Of a stretch of 57,329 nucleotides of DNA, positions 29,324 through 38,942 are shown piece after piece; within the stretch, counting starts at the first letter, position 1, and each line of letters opens with the position of its first letter. The notes beneath the pieces were generated by a model. That model was given only the letters and a program-made list of their open reading frames with translations. It searched no databases and had not been told where the DNA came from. Where the stretch lies: assembly GCA_024421095.1 (NCBI GenBank), contig JAHQYM010000004.1, positions 1 through 57,329 on the forward strand, in the 5' to 3' direction. The translations under genes were made by a program, and so were the position numbers. Origin of the DNA: Acidimicrobiia bacterium. GTDB lineage: Bacteria > Actinomycetota > Acidimicrobiia > Acidimicrobiales > Aldehydirespiratoraceae.

Positions 29324-30921
29324 CCGACACCCCAATTTCTCAACGCCGACTTCCATTGTTGGCAGAGGGCCGTAGAGCTCCTGACACTGCGCTAAATCTG
29401 GGTGCGCCGGCGAACCTCGCTGCCGGTGATTCCACGTCATTTATTGGACTAGCTATTTTGATTACGGGTTTGCTTGCATTGGGCGTTTTCGTTAGTTGGG
29501 GTTGGGCACTGATTATTTTGTGTTTGGTGTTCATGATTTTTATGCACGAGTTGGGTCATTATCTCACTGCTCGTTGGACTGGTATGAAGGTGGTGGAGTT
29601 TTTTATTGGTTTCGGTCCGCGTTTGTGGTCTTTTCGTCTTGGTGAGACCACTTTTGGCGTAAAAGGGATTCCGGCGGGTGCCTATGTGCGGATCATTGGC
29701 ATGAACAACCTTGATGTGGTTGCCCCTCAAGATGAAAACCGCACTTATCGTGTGAAGTCTTTTCCACGTAAGTTGCTTGTGGTGAGTGCTGGTTCGGCGA
29801 TGCATTTCCTGATGGCGATCGTGTTGTTGTTTGTAGTTTTTGCCCTTAACGGCAAGCTCTCCGTGGACGGCCCTTGGTCGGTTGCGCGGGTGAGTCCACT
29901 GAGTACGGCGAACGTTATTGGTGTCCAACCGGGCGATGAAATCGTTTCGGTTGATGGCGTGGAGATTGGCAGTTTCGAACAACTTGGTGATGTGGTCAGA
30001 ACTCGTGGTGGTCAAGAGGTGGAGGTTGTGCTGAGGCGCGCTGAGCAGACGTTGAGCGAAACTGCGGTGTTGGGTTATCGGTTGAGTGCTGCGGGCGAGA
30101 AGGCGTTTATTGGTTTATCGGAGGATAATCCCGGGTTGTTGGCCGGCGACCGAATCCTCGCTGTTGATGGGGTTAAGGTATCTTCTTGGGATGATGTTCT
30201 AGAGGTGATTGATGGTCGGCTCGGTGAACCTTTGACTTTTATTGTGCTGCCTGCCGCAAGCCCTGATGAGTTGCTTGTTGTGGAGGAGACGGTGGTGGAT
30301 CACGTGCCGTCTCGTGGGGTTGCAACAACGGGCTTTTTGGGTGTTGGTCCACAATTCTCACTGGAGCGTTTCGGGGTTTTGGGGAGTGTTCGAGAAGCCA
30401 TTGTCGGGTTTGGTTCTTACACCAAGATGTTTATGGTGGCTATGTCCCATTTGGTGACGGGTGGCGGTCTTCAGAACTTTGTGACAGACACAGTCACTGG
30501 TGATTTTGGCGCTACGCAAGAACCTGCGCCAACTGCAACTGGGGAGGATGCTAGAGCGTCCGCTGGTCGTGGAGCGGCCACTAGTGATGCAGACCCAGAT
30601 CGGATCATCTCCATTTATGGTGCGGCCCGTGTGGGTGAACAACTTGCTGACGATAGCTTTCAGCGTTTGTTGACTTTCTTGGCGATCCTCAACATTTCGA
30701 TCGGTTTAATCAACTTGTTGCCGTTACCGCCTTTGGATGGCGGGCATGTAGCGGTGGCGGTTTATGAGCGGTTGCGTTCTTTTGGTGGTCGCCGTCATCA
30801 GGTGGACTATGCGAAAGTGTTGCCAGTTGCCTATGGCGCGTTGGTTTTGTTGTTGGCGATCGGGTTGCTTGCGGTGTTCCGCGACATTGCCGACCCGCTC
30901 AACGTTCCACGGAACGGCTAA
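29320..30921 (+). CDS. rseP: RIP metalloprotease (M50, RseP/Rip1) with PDZ domains
   Basis: HELGH, NLLPLPPLDGG and two PDZ-like segments. Confidence 0.92.
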   Translation: MTDTPISQRRLPLLAEGRRAPDTALNLGAPANLAAGDSTSFIGLAILITGLLALGVFVSWGWALIILCLVFMIFMHELGHYLTARWTGMKVVEFFIGFGPRLWSFRLGETTFGVKGIPAGAYVRIIGMNNLDVVAPQDENRTYRVKSFPRKLLVVSAGSAMHFLMAIVLLFVVFALNGKLSVDGPWSVARVSPLSTANVIGVQPGDEIVSVDGVEIGSFEQLGDVVRTRGGQEVEVVLRRAEQTLSETAVLGYRLSAAGEKAFIGLSEDNPGLLAGDRILAVDGVKVSSWDDVLEVIDGRLGEPLTFIVLPAASPDELLVVEETVVDHVPSRGVATTGFLGVGPQFSLERFGVLGSVREAIVGFGSYTKMFMVAMSHLVTGGGLQNFVTDTVTGDFGATQEPAPTATGEDARASAGRGAATSDADPDRIISIYGAARVGEQLADDSFQRLLTFLAILNISIGLINLLPLPPLDGGHVAVAVYERLRSFGGRRHQVDYAKVLPVAYGALVLLLAIGLLAVFRDIADPLNVPRNG

Positions 30922-30936
30922 TCCGCGGGTTGGCTG

Positions 30937-31209
30937 TTAGCTGGACGCTTGTCTGGAGTGGGTGACGCTACCGATGAATTCTTCGAAGCTGTGCAACACC
31001 TCTTCGGGATTGGCGTGGCATCCTGTTTTGTCTTTAGAGTAGATCACTTTGTCGTTGACGGTCACGTCAAAGACCCCGTTGGATCCGGTTGTGAGGTTTA
31101 ACCGCTCAATGATGTGTTGATGGTTGGAGAGTAGGTCTTGGGCTGCGCTCACGGCGTGGCTCAGGTAGTTTCAAGGAACGCAATAGGTGATGTCAATTTG
31201 GTATTTCAT
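30937..31209 (-). CDS. SelW/Rdx-family protein, predicted selenoprotein (TGA 31171-31173 = Sec13, CxxU)
   Basis: ATG 31209, 7 nt after TAGCCT, gives MKYQIDITYCVP-TGA-NYLSHAVSAAQDLL..., in frame with ORF 30937-31152. Rdx motif GSNGVFDVTVND..IYSK. Confidence 0.88.
31141..31164 (-). promoter_or_regulatory. Candidate SECIS hairpin (weak)
   Basis: CUG-A-GC-CAC-GCC-GUG-A-GC-G-CAG can fold shortly after the UGA. The alternative apex CGC-CGUGA-GCG is also possible. Confidence 0.4.
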
Positions 31210-31311
31210 GCGAAGCAGGCTAGCAGCTTTTTCGATTCTTGTGTCTTTCTTGGTTGCGTCGGTTCTAGGCTTGCTGAAGCAGTTTTATCCACCAATTTGG
31301 GAGCACATCAA

Positions 31312-31812
31312 ATGGCTGAGATCACGTTTCACGGCACAACCATAAACACTAGTGGTTCGTTACCGGCGGTTGGCAGCGAAGCGCCACCGTTGGTGCTTAC
31401 GGGCAAAGATGGTGGCTCGATTTCGTTAGCGGATTTCGCTGGTCAACGCCTTGTCTTGAACATCTTCCCTTCTGTAGACACCCCCACTTGCGCCATGAGT
31501 GTTCGTACTTTCAACGAGCGTGCGGCGAGCCTTGAAAACGCCACGGTACTTTGTGTTTCTGCCGACCTGCCCATGGCCCAGAACCGCTTTTGCGGCGCCG
31601 AAGCCATTGAGCGTGTGCAGACTGGTTCCACTTTCAGGAATCCTCAAGTGTTAGACGATTACGGGGTGCGTATTGTGGATGGCCCTCTTGAAGGTCTTGC
31701 GGCTCGTGCGGTGGTGGTGCTTGACGAGACTGTAACTGTGTTGCATGCTGAACTTGTTGGTGAGTTGGCTGACCAGCCAGACTACGAAGCCGCGCTTAGC
31801 GTTTTGCAGTAA
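31312..31812 (+). CDS. tpx: Thiol peroxidase (Tpx peroxiredoxin)
   Basis: LNIFPSVDTPTC, SADLPMAQNRFCGAE and EPDY-like QPDY. GGAG precedes ATG 31312. Confidence 0.93.
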   Translation: MAEITFHGTTINTSGSLPAVGSEAPPLVLTGKDGGSISLADFAGQRLVLNIFPSVDTPTCAMSVRTFNERAASLENATVLCVSADLPMAQNRFCGAEAIERVQTGSTFRNPQVLDDYGVRIVDGPLEGLAARAVVVLDETVTVLHAELVGELADQPDYEAALSVLQ

Positions 31813-31898
31813 TTTGCGTGCGCCATATGTCTGGCGTGTCAAACTAGAGTTGGCCGCGTTGGCATCCAACCGCGCTGCGAATGGCGTACGCTAACGGC

Positions 31899-33272
31899 AT
31901 GGCAATTCACGAATCGGTGCTTGATTTGGTGGGCAACACACCGTTGGTGAAACTGCGGCGCATCAGCGAGAACTTGCCTTGCGCGGTGGTGGCGAAGATA
32001 GAAGCCACTAACCCTGGCGGGAGTTCCAAGGATCGTCCGGCGATTGCTATGGTTGATGCTGCTGAACGTGCGGGTTTGCTCAGCGCCGGTGGCACGATTG
32101 TGGAACCAACTTCGGGCAACACGGGAGTTGGGTTGGCGATGGTGGCGGCGCAGCGTGGTTATCGCTGTATTTTTGTGGTGACGAGCAAGGTTGGGGTGGA
32201 AAAGGTTGATTTGTTACGGGCTTATGGTGCTGAGGTGGTGGTTTGCCCGGTGGCCGTTGCACCCGACGATCCCGAGTCTTATTATTCGGTTGCTGAACGG
32301 TTGGTGAGAGAAATTCCAGGTGCTTTTCGGCCAAACCAGTACCACAATCTCACTAACCCTCAAGCCCATTTTGAAACCACGGGCCCAGAATTGTGGCACC
32401 AGACCGAGGGTAAGATTACGCATTTCGTGGCGGGTGCTGGCACAGGCGGCACGTTGAGTGGTGTTGGCCGATATTTGAAAGGCAAGAATCCGGCGGTGCA
32501 GATTATCGCTGCTGATCCTGAGGGTTCGGTTTTTTCGGGTGGTAGTGGTCGCCCGTATCTTGTTGAGGGGATTGGTGAAGACTTTTTTCCTACCACTTAC
32601 GATGTTTCGGTGATTGACCAGACGATTGCGGTAAGCGACCGCGATTCGTTTCTTGCGGCCCGTGAGGTAACCGAATCTGAGGGTTTGTTGATCGGCGGGT
32701 CTTGTGGTACTGCGGTTTATGCTGCGGTGAAGGTGGCGCGTGAATGCAGCGCGGATGATCTGGTGGTGGTGTTGTTGCCTGATAATGGGCGGCTGTATCT
32801 AAGTACAGTGTTCAATAATGAGTGGATGGCGGGCTTCGGTTTCTTGCGAGGTACGGGGCCGGTAGTGGCTGATGTTTTAGCGTCTCGCCGTGAGGGGGTT
32901 CCCGATTTGTTGTATGTGCAACCGCATGCATCGGTTAGTGAAGCGGTACGGATTATGAGTGATCATGGTGTGTCGCAGTTGCCTGTTGCTAAGGGTGAGA
33001 TGCCTTTGGCTAATGCCGAGGTGATGGGTTCGGTGAGTGAGTTGCGGGTTATGGATCTGGTGTTTGGCAACGATTCGGTTTTGGAAAAGACTGTGGAAGA
33101 CATTATGGGGCCTAAGTTGCGTACTGTCGGTTCGGGCCAACCAGTGGCGTTGGCGGTGGAGATGTTGGAGTCTTGTGCGGCTTTGCTGGTGCTTGATGGT
33201 GGGCGGCCGAGAGCGGTTATTTCTTCTAGTGATGTTTTGTCGTTTCTTTCGAAAGGTGGCGATAATGGCTGA
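31899..33272 (+). CDS. cbs: Cystathionine beta-synthase with CBS domains
   Basis: GNTPLV, NPGGSSKDR, EPTSGNTG, GTGGT and a C-terminal CBS pair. TACGCT lies 6 nt before ATG 31899. Confidence 0.93.
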   Translation: MAIHESVLDLVGNTPLVKLRRISENLPCAVVAKIEATNPGGSSKDRPAIAMVDAAERAGLLSAGGTIVEPTSGNTGVGLAMVAAQRGYRCIFVVTSKVGVEKVDLLRAYGAEVVVCPVAVAPDDPESYYSVAERLVREIPGAFRPNQYHNLTNPQAHFETTGPELWHQTEGKITHFVAGAGTGGTLSGVGRYLKGKNPAVQIIAADPEGSVFSGGSGRPYLVEGIGEDFFPTTYDVSVIDQTIAVSDRDSFLAAREVTESEGLLIGGSCGTAVYAAVKVARECSADDLVVVLLPDNGRLYLSTVFNNEWMAGFGFLRGTGPVVADVLASRREGVPDLLYVQPHASVSEAVRIMSDHGVSQLPVAKGEMPLANAEVMGSVSELRVMDLVFGNDSVLEKTVEDIMGPKLRTVGSGQPVALAVEMLESCAALLVLDGGRPRAVISSSDVLSFLSKGGDNG

Positions 33273-34437
33273 CGATATTTTTGCTGATCTGTCTTGGGGT
33301 TTTGAGACGCGAGCTATTCGGGCGGGGCAGCCGCATGATGTGAGTAGCGGAGCGGTGGTTCAACCGATTTCTTTGGCTACGACTTTTGTGCAAGAGGAGG
33401 TGGGGGTTAATCGCGGTTATTTGTATTCGCGTGTTGCGAACCCTACTCGTGCTGCGTTGCAGGATTGTTTGGCATCGTTAGAAGGTGCCGATTACGGTTT
33501 AGCGTTCGCTTCGGGTATGGCTGCTGAAGACACCTTTTTGCGGACGCTGGCTCCCGGTGATCATATTGTGTTGGGCAACGATGCTTATGGCGGGACATTC
33601 CGTTTGGTTGCCAATGTGTTGTCGCGGGTGGGTATTACTTGGTCGGCGTTTGATTTGTCTGCTGTTGATAGTTTGCGGGAAGAGTTGCCGCCAGCCACGA
33701 AGGTGATTTGGGCGGAGTCTCCTACTAATCCTTCGCTTGCGGTTGTTGATATCGCGGCGCTCGCAAATATCGCTCACGACTTGGGTGCGAAACTGGTGGT
33801 AGACAACACGTTCGCCACACCTTATTTGCAGCAACCATTGCGTTTGGGGGCTGATGTTGTGGTGCATTCAACCACTAAGTATTGCGGTGGCCATTCTGAT
33901 GTTGTAGGCGGTTTTTTGGCAACGAATGACGGAGAGTTGGCGCAAGAACTGGAGTTTTTGCAGAAGGCGGTCGGCGCGGTGCCTAGCCCGTTCGACAATT
34001 TTTTGATTATGCGGGGTTTGAAGACTTTGCCTGTGCGAATGGACCGTCATTGCCGTAACGCGGCATTGGTGGCTGAGTTTTTGGCTGGGCAGGATTTAGT
34101 GGTTGAGGTTTTTTATCCGGGTTTGCGTGAGCATCGCGGCCATGAGATCGCGGTCCGGCAGATGAAAGACTTTGGGGGGATGGTGTCTTTTCGGGTTGCG
34201 GGTGGTGCGGGCGCGGCGATGCGCTTGGCGGCGTCTACCGAGGTGTTTGTTTTGGCGGAGTCTTTGGGGGCGGTGGAGTCTTTGATTGAACATCCTGGGG
34301 CGATGACGCATGCCGCTGCGGCGGGTTCGCCGCTTGAAGTGGCTGATGATTTGTTGCGGCTGAGTGTTGGTTTGGAATCGATAGAAGACCTGATAGGTGA
34401 CCTCAAACAAGCAATTGCTCGTCTTCCCGATGCCTAA
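33265..34437 (+). CDS. metB: Cystathionine gamma-lyase/synthase
   Basis: YSRVANPTR, ESPTNP, VDNTFATP, HSTTKY..GHSD and AESLG.VESL. Confidence 0.9.
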   Translation: MADDIFADLSWGFETRAIRAGQPHDVSSGAVVQPISLATTFVQEEVGVNRGYLYSRVANPTRAALQDCLASLEGADYGLAFASGMAAEDTFLRTLAPGDHIVLGNDAYGGTFRLVANVLSRVGITWSAFDLSAVDSLREELPPATKVIWAESPTNPSLAVVDIAALANIAHDLGAKLVVDNTFATPYLQQPLRLGADVVVHSTTKYCGGHSDVVGGFLATNDGELAQELEFLQKAVGAVPSPFDNFLIMRGLKTLPVRMDRHCRNAALVAEFLAGQDLVVEVFYPGLREHRGHEIAVRQMKDFGGMVSFRVAGGAGAAMRLAASTEVFVLAESLGAVESLIEHPGAMTHAAAAGSPLEVADDLLRLSVGLESIEDLIGDLKQAIARLPDA

Positions 34438-34509
34438 GCGCAATCCTAATTCAGCCTCCCAATGCATTCTTTTTTGGTGCCGAAGGACGGGTGGGCGATT
34501 TTCAAACGT

Positions 34510-35181
34510 TCACTCCCGCTGGTCTGGCTCTTCGGCATCTTGTGCAGTATCTTGTTCAGCATCGTTTTTAGCATCGTCTTGGTTGGCAGAATGTTCATCG
34601 GGAACCAAATGCAATCCCCGTTCCAGCGTTTCCACGACCTCTGCTGATGGGAAGAAATCGCCCAACGGCAATAGTTCCTTTACCGAATCGATCCCCATCC
34701 GTTCGCAAAACGTCGGTGTGGTGCCGTATAGCACGGCCTGACCCGGCCCTGGATCGCGGCCTATTTCGCTAATGTAACCGCGCACTTGCAAAGTCCGCAC
34801 CACGCCATCAACGTTGACTCCACGGATGGCGGCGATCTGATTGCGCGAAACTGGTTGCTTATAGGCAACCACGGCTAACGTTTCTAGCGCTGCGGCTGAC
34901 AAACGAGAAGATTGCCCGTCAAGCACAAAACGTTCAACATAACGCCGCTGCGCCGGCGCGGTTTGGTAGCGGTAACCCCCAGCTACGCGCACCAGCGCAA
35001 AGCCACGACCTTCAGCTTCATACTGTGCAGCTAAATCGTCGCACACTGCTTCAACCATTCCAGGGGTGGTGTCCACCATCTGCGCCAACAACTCAGACGG
35101 CAAAGGCTCCTCGGCTACCAACAAAATCGCTTCAAGCGCCCCAGGAATGTGTTCTTCGATCATCTCAACCGGCGTGTTCAT
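34510..35181 (-). CDS. scpB: SMC-Scp complex subunit ScpB
   Basis: LSAAALETLAVVAYKQPVSR, IRGVN and LYGTT. Confidence 0.94.
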   Translation of the reverse strand: MNTPVEMIEEHIPGALEAILLVAEEPLPSELLAQMVDTTPGMVEAVCDDLAAQYEAEGRGFALVRVAGGYRYQTAPAQRRYVERFVLDGQSSRLSAAALETLAVVAYKQPVSRNQIAAIRGVNVDGVVRTLQVRGYISEIGRDPGPGQAVLYGTTPTFCERMGIDSVKELLPLGDFFPSAEVVETLERGLHLVPDEHSANQDDAKNDAEQDTAQDAEEPDQRE

Positions 35182-35293
35182 CAACGATCTGGCTCAAGTT
35201 GATGTGGTAAAGTGCGACGTGCTGTTTCAGGATTAGGTGCAGCAACAAATCGAAGGCCCCCTCAAACACGGGGGTTTGAACCTCATATGGCAT
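35165..35293 (-). pseudogene. scpA: Truncated ScpA (42 aa N-terminal remnant)
   Basis: GGAGG RBS, then MPYEVQTPVFEGAFDLLLHLILKQHVALYHINLSQIVDEHAG*. This carries the FEGPxDLLLxLI kleisin signature and then runs straight into the scpB start. Confidence 0.8.
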
Positions 35294-35388
35294 GGCCTCC
35301 AAGCCTAGAAGCGGGATGCGCGGATAAGCAGGTTCTTTCCGCATGTTTGAGGGAGTGAATATCGGTCGAACCTCTAACGTAGGTGTCT

Positions 35389-36375
35389 ATGCAGCGCGTC
35401 TTTTCGGGTATTCAGCCCACTGGTCAACTACACCTCGGTAACTATCTGGGGGCGGTACACAACTGGGCGAAAATGCAGCAACATTCGGATGCCTTCTACT
35501 GCATAGTTGACCTGCATTCGATTACTACACCCCAAAAGGCGGGCAGCATCGGCCGAGAAACGCTGCGGCTGGCGCAGATGTTGTTGGCTGCTGGCCTTGA
35601 CCCGCAAGTCTGCACCTTGTTTGTGCAAAGCCATGTGCGTGAACACACCGAATGTGCTTGGCTGCTCGAATGCACGGTTTCGTTCGGCGAACTCTCACGT
35701 ATGGCGCAATTCAAAGACAAATCTTCGCGCCACGAGTTTATCTCTGCGGGGTTGTTCACTTACCCGGCGCTTCAAGCAGCCGACATTTTGTTGTACGACA
35801 CCAACGTGGTTCCGGTAGGGGCCGACCAGAGGCAACACATTGAACTGACACGCGATATTGCCGAACGGTTCAATCACCGCTACGGCGATACTTTTGTGTT
35901 GCCCACAGCGGTTGTGCCTGCCACGGCTGCTCGGGTGATGGACTTGCAACGACCTAGCGACAAGATGTCTAAATCGTTGAACTCACCTAAAGGTACGATT
36001 GATCTGCTTGATGAACCAACACATATCCGCAAGAAGATCCGCAGCGCAGTTACCGACAACGAATCTGATGTGCGTTTTGATGTGGCCAACAAACCCGGTG
36101 TGAGTAACTTGTTGTCAATCCTCGCGGCTGCTACCGACCGAGACCCCAATACGGTAGCCACCCAATACCATCAATATGGGGCACTCAAGGACGACACCGC
36201 TGATGCCGTAATCGCTTTGCTAGCTCCCTTTCAGGCGAGGTTCTCTGAACTTGAAGCCGACCCGGCGCAAACCTCTCGGCTGTTGCAGGACGGTGCCGAT
36301 AAAGCTCGCGAACTCGCTGCTTCGACCCTGCGGCGCGCCAAAACGAACATTGGGTTCTTGAGTGACACTTATTGA
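35389..36375 (+). CDS. trpS: Tryptophan--tRNA ligase
   Basis: SGIQPTG.LHLGNY, VPVGADQRQH and KMSKS. Confidence 0.96.
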   Translation: MQRVFSGIQPTGQLHLGNYLGAVHNWAKMQQHSDAFYCIVDLHSITTPQKAGSIGRETLRLAQMLLAAGLDPQVCTLFVQSHVREHTECAWLLECTVSFGELSRMAQFKDKSSRHEFISAGLFTYPALQAADILLYDTNVVPVGADQRQHIELTRDIAERFNHRYGDTFVLPTAVVPATAARVMDLQRPSDKMSKSLNSPKGTIDLLDEPTHIRKKIRSAVTDNESDVRFDVANKPGVSNLLSILAAATDRDPNTVATQYHQYGALKDDTADAVIALLAPFQARFSELEADPAQTSRLLQDGADKARELAASTLRRAKTNIGFLSDTY

Positions 36376-36427
36376 GCGGTGAGCCGGTACTGCGATTGAG
36401 CCGGCACTGCAACTATTGCTGCGGTGC

Positions 36428-36613
36428 TTACTCTGGAAGCGGCATGAATGCTTGTTTTGTGCTGATTGGATCGGCAAAATCGTCTGGCAAGGGAACATCG
36501 GGGGCTTCTTCTGTCCCGCAACCGTTGCCGCCTACGATTGCTCGCAGTTCTTCTTCGGTGAGTTCGTTCTCTGTTTGAGAACGCGCTTCGTGTGTTTGTA
36601 GGGTATCGCCCAT
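36428..36613 (-). CDS. Small peptide (61 aa) with a double-glycine leader motif, RiPP/bacteriocin-precursor-like
   Basis: AAGGAG RBS, then MGDTLQTHEARSQTENELTEEELRAIVGG|NGCGTEEAPDVPLPDDFADPISTKQAFMPLPE. Confidence 0.65.
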   Translation of the reverse strand: MGDTLQTHEARSQTENELTEEELRAIVGGNGCGTEEAPDVPLPDDFADPISTKQAFMPLPE

Positions 36614-36753
36614 CGCAATCTCCTTCGTTTTGGTGGTTCTTGCTTGCCCAGATTGAACAAGAAAGTCTGGACACCAGACAGTATAAGTGTTTTCAGCACT
36701 TGTCAACATTAGCGATAACAATATTGCCGAGGCTGCGGGTAGCGTCGCATTCC

Positions 36754-37818
36754 GTGAATGGACAGGGAACTGCGATTGTTGTCGGTGTGGGGTTGATTGG
36801 TGGTTCTGTGGCGTTGGCTTTGCGTAGGGCAGGTTGGTATGTCGTTGGTGTGGATACCGATGCGGCCACCGCGCAACATGCTCTAGCAACCGGCGTGGTT
36901 GATGAGGTTGGTGGTTTGGGGCCTTGCGACTTAGCGGTTATTGCTACGCCGGTTAATCTTATTGCGGGTCTGGTGCAGGCTGCCCTTGACGCTGGCGCAG
37001 CGGTGGTTACTGATGTGGGCAGTGTGAAAGCGCCGCTTGCCGCACTTTTGAGTGATGGGCGTTTTGTTGCTGGTCACCCAATCGCTGGCAGCGAACAAGA
37101 TGGGGTTTCTGGCGCGAACGCCGACATTTTTAGCGGCTCAGTGTGGGTGTTGTGTCCAACGGCAGACACTGATGATGCGGCGCTGTCTCGGGTGAAGGAG
37201 GTGGTATCGGTGTTCGGCGCGCAGGTGTTGGTGATGTCGCCGGAGCGTCATGATGAACTCGTGGCGGTGGTTTCACATGTGCCACATCTCACTGCTGCGA
37301 CGCTGATGCGAGTGGCGGCCAACCACGCTGAGCAGCAACGCAATTTGTTGCGTTTGGCCGCGGGTGGGTTCCGCGACATGACCCGCGTAGCTGCCGGTCA
37401 ACCATCGATATGGCCAGCGATATGTACCCAGAACTCGAAAGCTATTGTGAATGTGTTAGACGATTTGCTTACCGATTTGGCCTGGTTACGTGAAGCGGTG
37501 GCGAACCAGGATGAGCCGGCGTTGTTGACCCATCTTGAGGGAGCGAGGGTGGCGCGCCGTAATCTGCCGACCACCGCACCGGATGCTCAAAACATGTCCG
37601 AGATGCGGGTGCCGGTGCTTGACCGTCCTGGCGAGTTGGCGGCGATAGCGGTGCTGGCAACCGAACTTGATGTCAACATTTTCGATTTGGAGATTGCCCA
37701 TTCAAGCGAGGGGCCTCAAGGCGTGGTGGTGCTGTTAGTCGAATCTGAGACCGCTCCGAAATTGTCGATTGCGTTGCGTGAACGGGGTTATCGGCCTTCG
37801 ATTCAACCGTTGGGTTGA
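36754..37818 (+). CDS. tyrA: Prephenate dehydrogenase with ACT domain
   Basis: GVGLIGGS, TDVGSVK, GHPIAGSE, HD..VA.VSH.PH, GFRDMTRVA and a C-terminal DRPG ACT domain. Confidence 0.93.
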   Translation: MNGQGTAIVVGVGLIGGSVALALRRAGWYVVGVDTDAATAQHALATGVVDEVGGLGPCDLAVIATPVNLIAGLVQAALDAGAAVVTDVGSVKAPLAALLSDGRFVAGHPIAGSEQDGVSGANADIFSGSVWVLCPTADTDDAALSRVKEVVSVFGAQVLVMSPERHDELVAVVSHVPHLTAATLMRVAANHAEQQRNLLRLAAGGFRDMTRVAAGQPSIWPAICTQNSKAIVNVLDDLLTDLAWLREAVANQDEPALLTHLEGARVARRNLPTTAPDAQNMSEMRVPVLDRPGELAAIAVLATELDVNIFDLEIAHSSEGPQGVVVLLVESETAPKLSIALRERGYRPSIQPLG

Positions 37819-38096
37819 TGCGCCAGCATGGCGCAGCGGAGATGGCTTTGCTTTGTGCGCCCGCCAAGTGGACAGTTTCGTTGGGTGTCACTGGAGTTCG
37901 TGACGACAACTAGCATCTGATTGATGCTGAGATGCTGAGCCCCAATCTTTGTGATGTGGTTGAGATTGCCGACTGGGTTTGTCTTTGTGCAACGCGCCGC
38001 ATCTGGTTGCTCCGTGTACGTTGCTGTTGCACCACCGCCGCGTGGGTTCTCGAAATGCCGAATCGCTCGGCGTTCAAAGCCGTGCTAGCACGCGTC

Positions 38097-38120
38097 AAAC
38101 CCGAAGAGCCTCTTCGGTTT
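38097..38120 (-). terminator. Possible intrinsic terminator
   Basis: CCGAAGA-GCC-TCTTCGG stem-loop flanked by AAAC and TTT, just past the stop of the 38131-38598 gene. Confidence 0.45.
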
Positions 38121-38130
38121 GTTCACGGCT

Positions 38131-38598
38131 TTAGGCGACTTCGGTATCATCGGTATCTTCAGTTTCTTCGGTATCATCGGTGTCATCGGCAGGTGGTGTT
38201 GTTGGTTCAGTGACTGGGTACTCGGGGAACGTGGTAGAAGGCGGAATCGTGGTAGTCGTTGTCGTGGTGGTAGTGGTAGTAGTTGTTGGTGGTGCGGTTG
38301 TTCGTGGCGTGGCGACAACTGGCGAGGTAGTGGTGGTCGTTGTAACCAACGATGTGGTCGCCGGCGTACGCAATGTTGTGGTAGTCGTGGGCTCGGTTGT
38401 GGTAGTGGTGGGTAGCGTCACCGTAGTTGTGGTGGTGGATGACGTGGTGGATGACGTGGTGGAGGTGGTCGCAGGAGGGGGACTAGGCTCTGGATCATTT
38501 TGTATGGCGTAATACCCGATCAAAATCGATGTCGCGAGCATTACCGGTAACCACCACTCGAGTCGCATTAGTAGAAATACTAGCGGATGCTCGCCCAA
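38131..38598 (-). CDS. Membrane-anchored Thr-rich hypothetical protein
   Basis: N-terminal TM helix, poly-Thr mucin-like stalk and acidic tail. Confidence 0.6.
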   Translation of the reverse strand: MGEHPLVFLLMRLEWWLPVMLATSILIGYYAIQNDPEPSPPPATTSTTSSTTSSTTTTTVTLPTTTTTEPTTTTTLRTPATTSLVTTTTTTSPVVATPRTTAPPTTTTTTTTTTTTTIPPSTTFPEYPVTEPTTPPADDTDDTEETEDTDDTEVA

Positions 38599-38628
38599 GT
38601 GCGAACCCTGTTAGCAAAACCACAGTAC

Positions 38629-38904
38629 CTAATCCGCTTGGTGGTGGGTACGGTCGTGACGGATTGCAGCTTTGACGGCGTAATCTAAGATGATCGCTGG
38701 GGCTAACAAGACCGACCCAACGATCACGGCAACGATCACGATTCGCGCAACCACAGTATTGAAACCGTTTACGAGCCCAAACACAAACACCAGCAGAGAA
38801 AATAGGTACAGCAGGTAACCAAGCCTTTGACCCCACTTAGCCGCGCGGGCGGCGCGAGCACGCGCAACAATAACCGGGTCAACGGGTTGATCTGCTGCCA
38901 TCAC
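38629..38904 (-). CDS. Small two-TM membrane protein
   Basis: DPVIVARARAAR..GQRLGY...LLAPAIILDYAVKAA. Confidence 0.7.
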   Translation of the reverse strand: MMAADQPVDPVIVARARAARAAKWGQRLGYLLYLFSLLVFVFGLVNGFNTVVARIVIVAVIVGSVLLAPAIILDYAVKAAIRHDRTHHQAD

Positions 38905-38942
38905 ATGCCAATCGCCTGAAACCGATTAGGTGGCGGCGTTCA

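Noticed and set aside
31813-31898. SAM riboswitch upstream of cbs
   Set aside because: No recognisable SAM-I or SAM-IV core, and the gene appears leaderless.
37910-38098. 62-aa minus-strand ORF
   Set aside because: Starts at the edge of a terminator-like hairpin and has no recognisable features.
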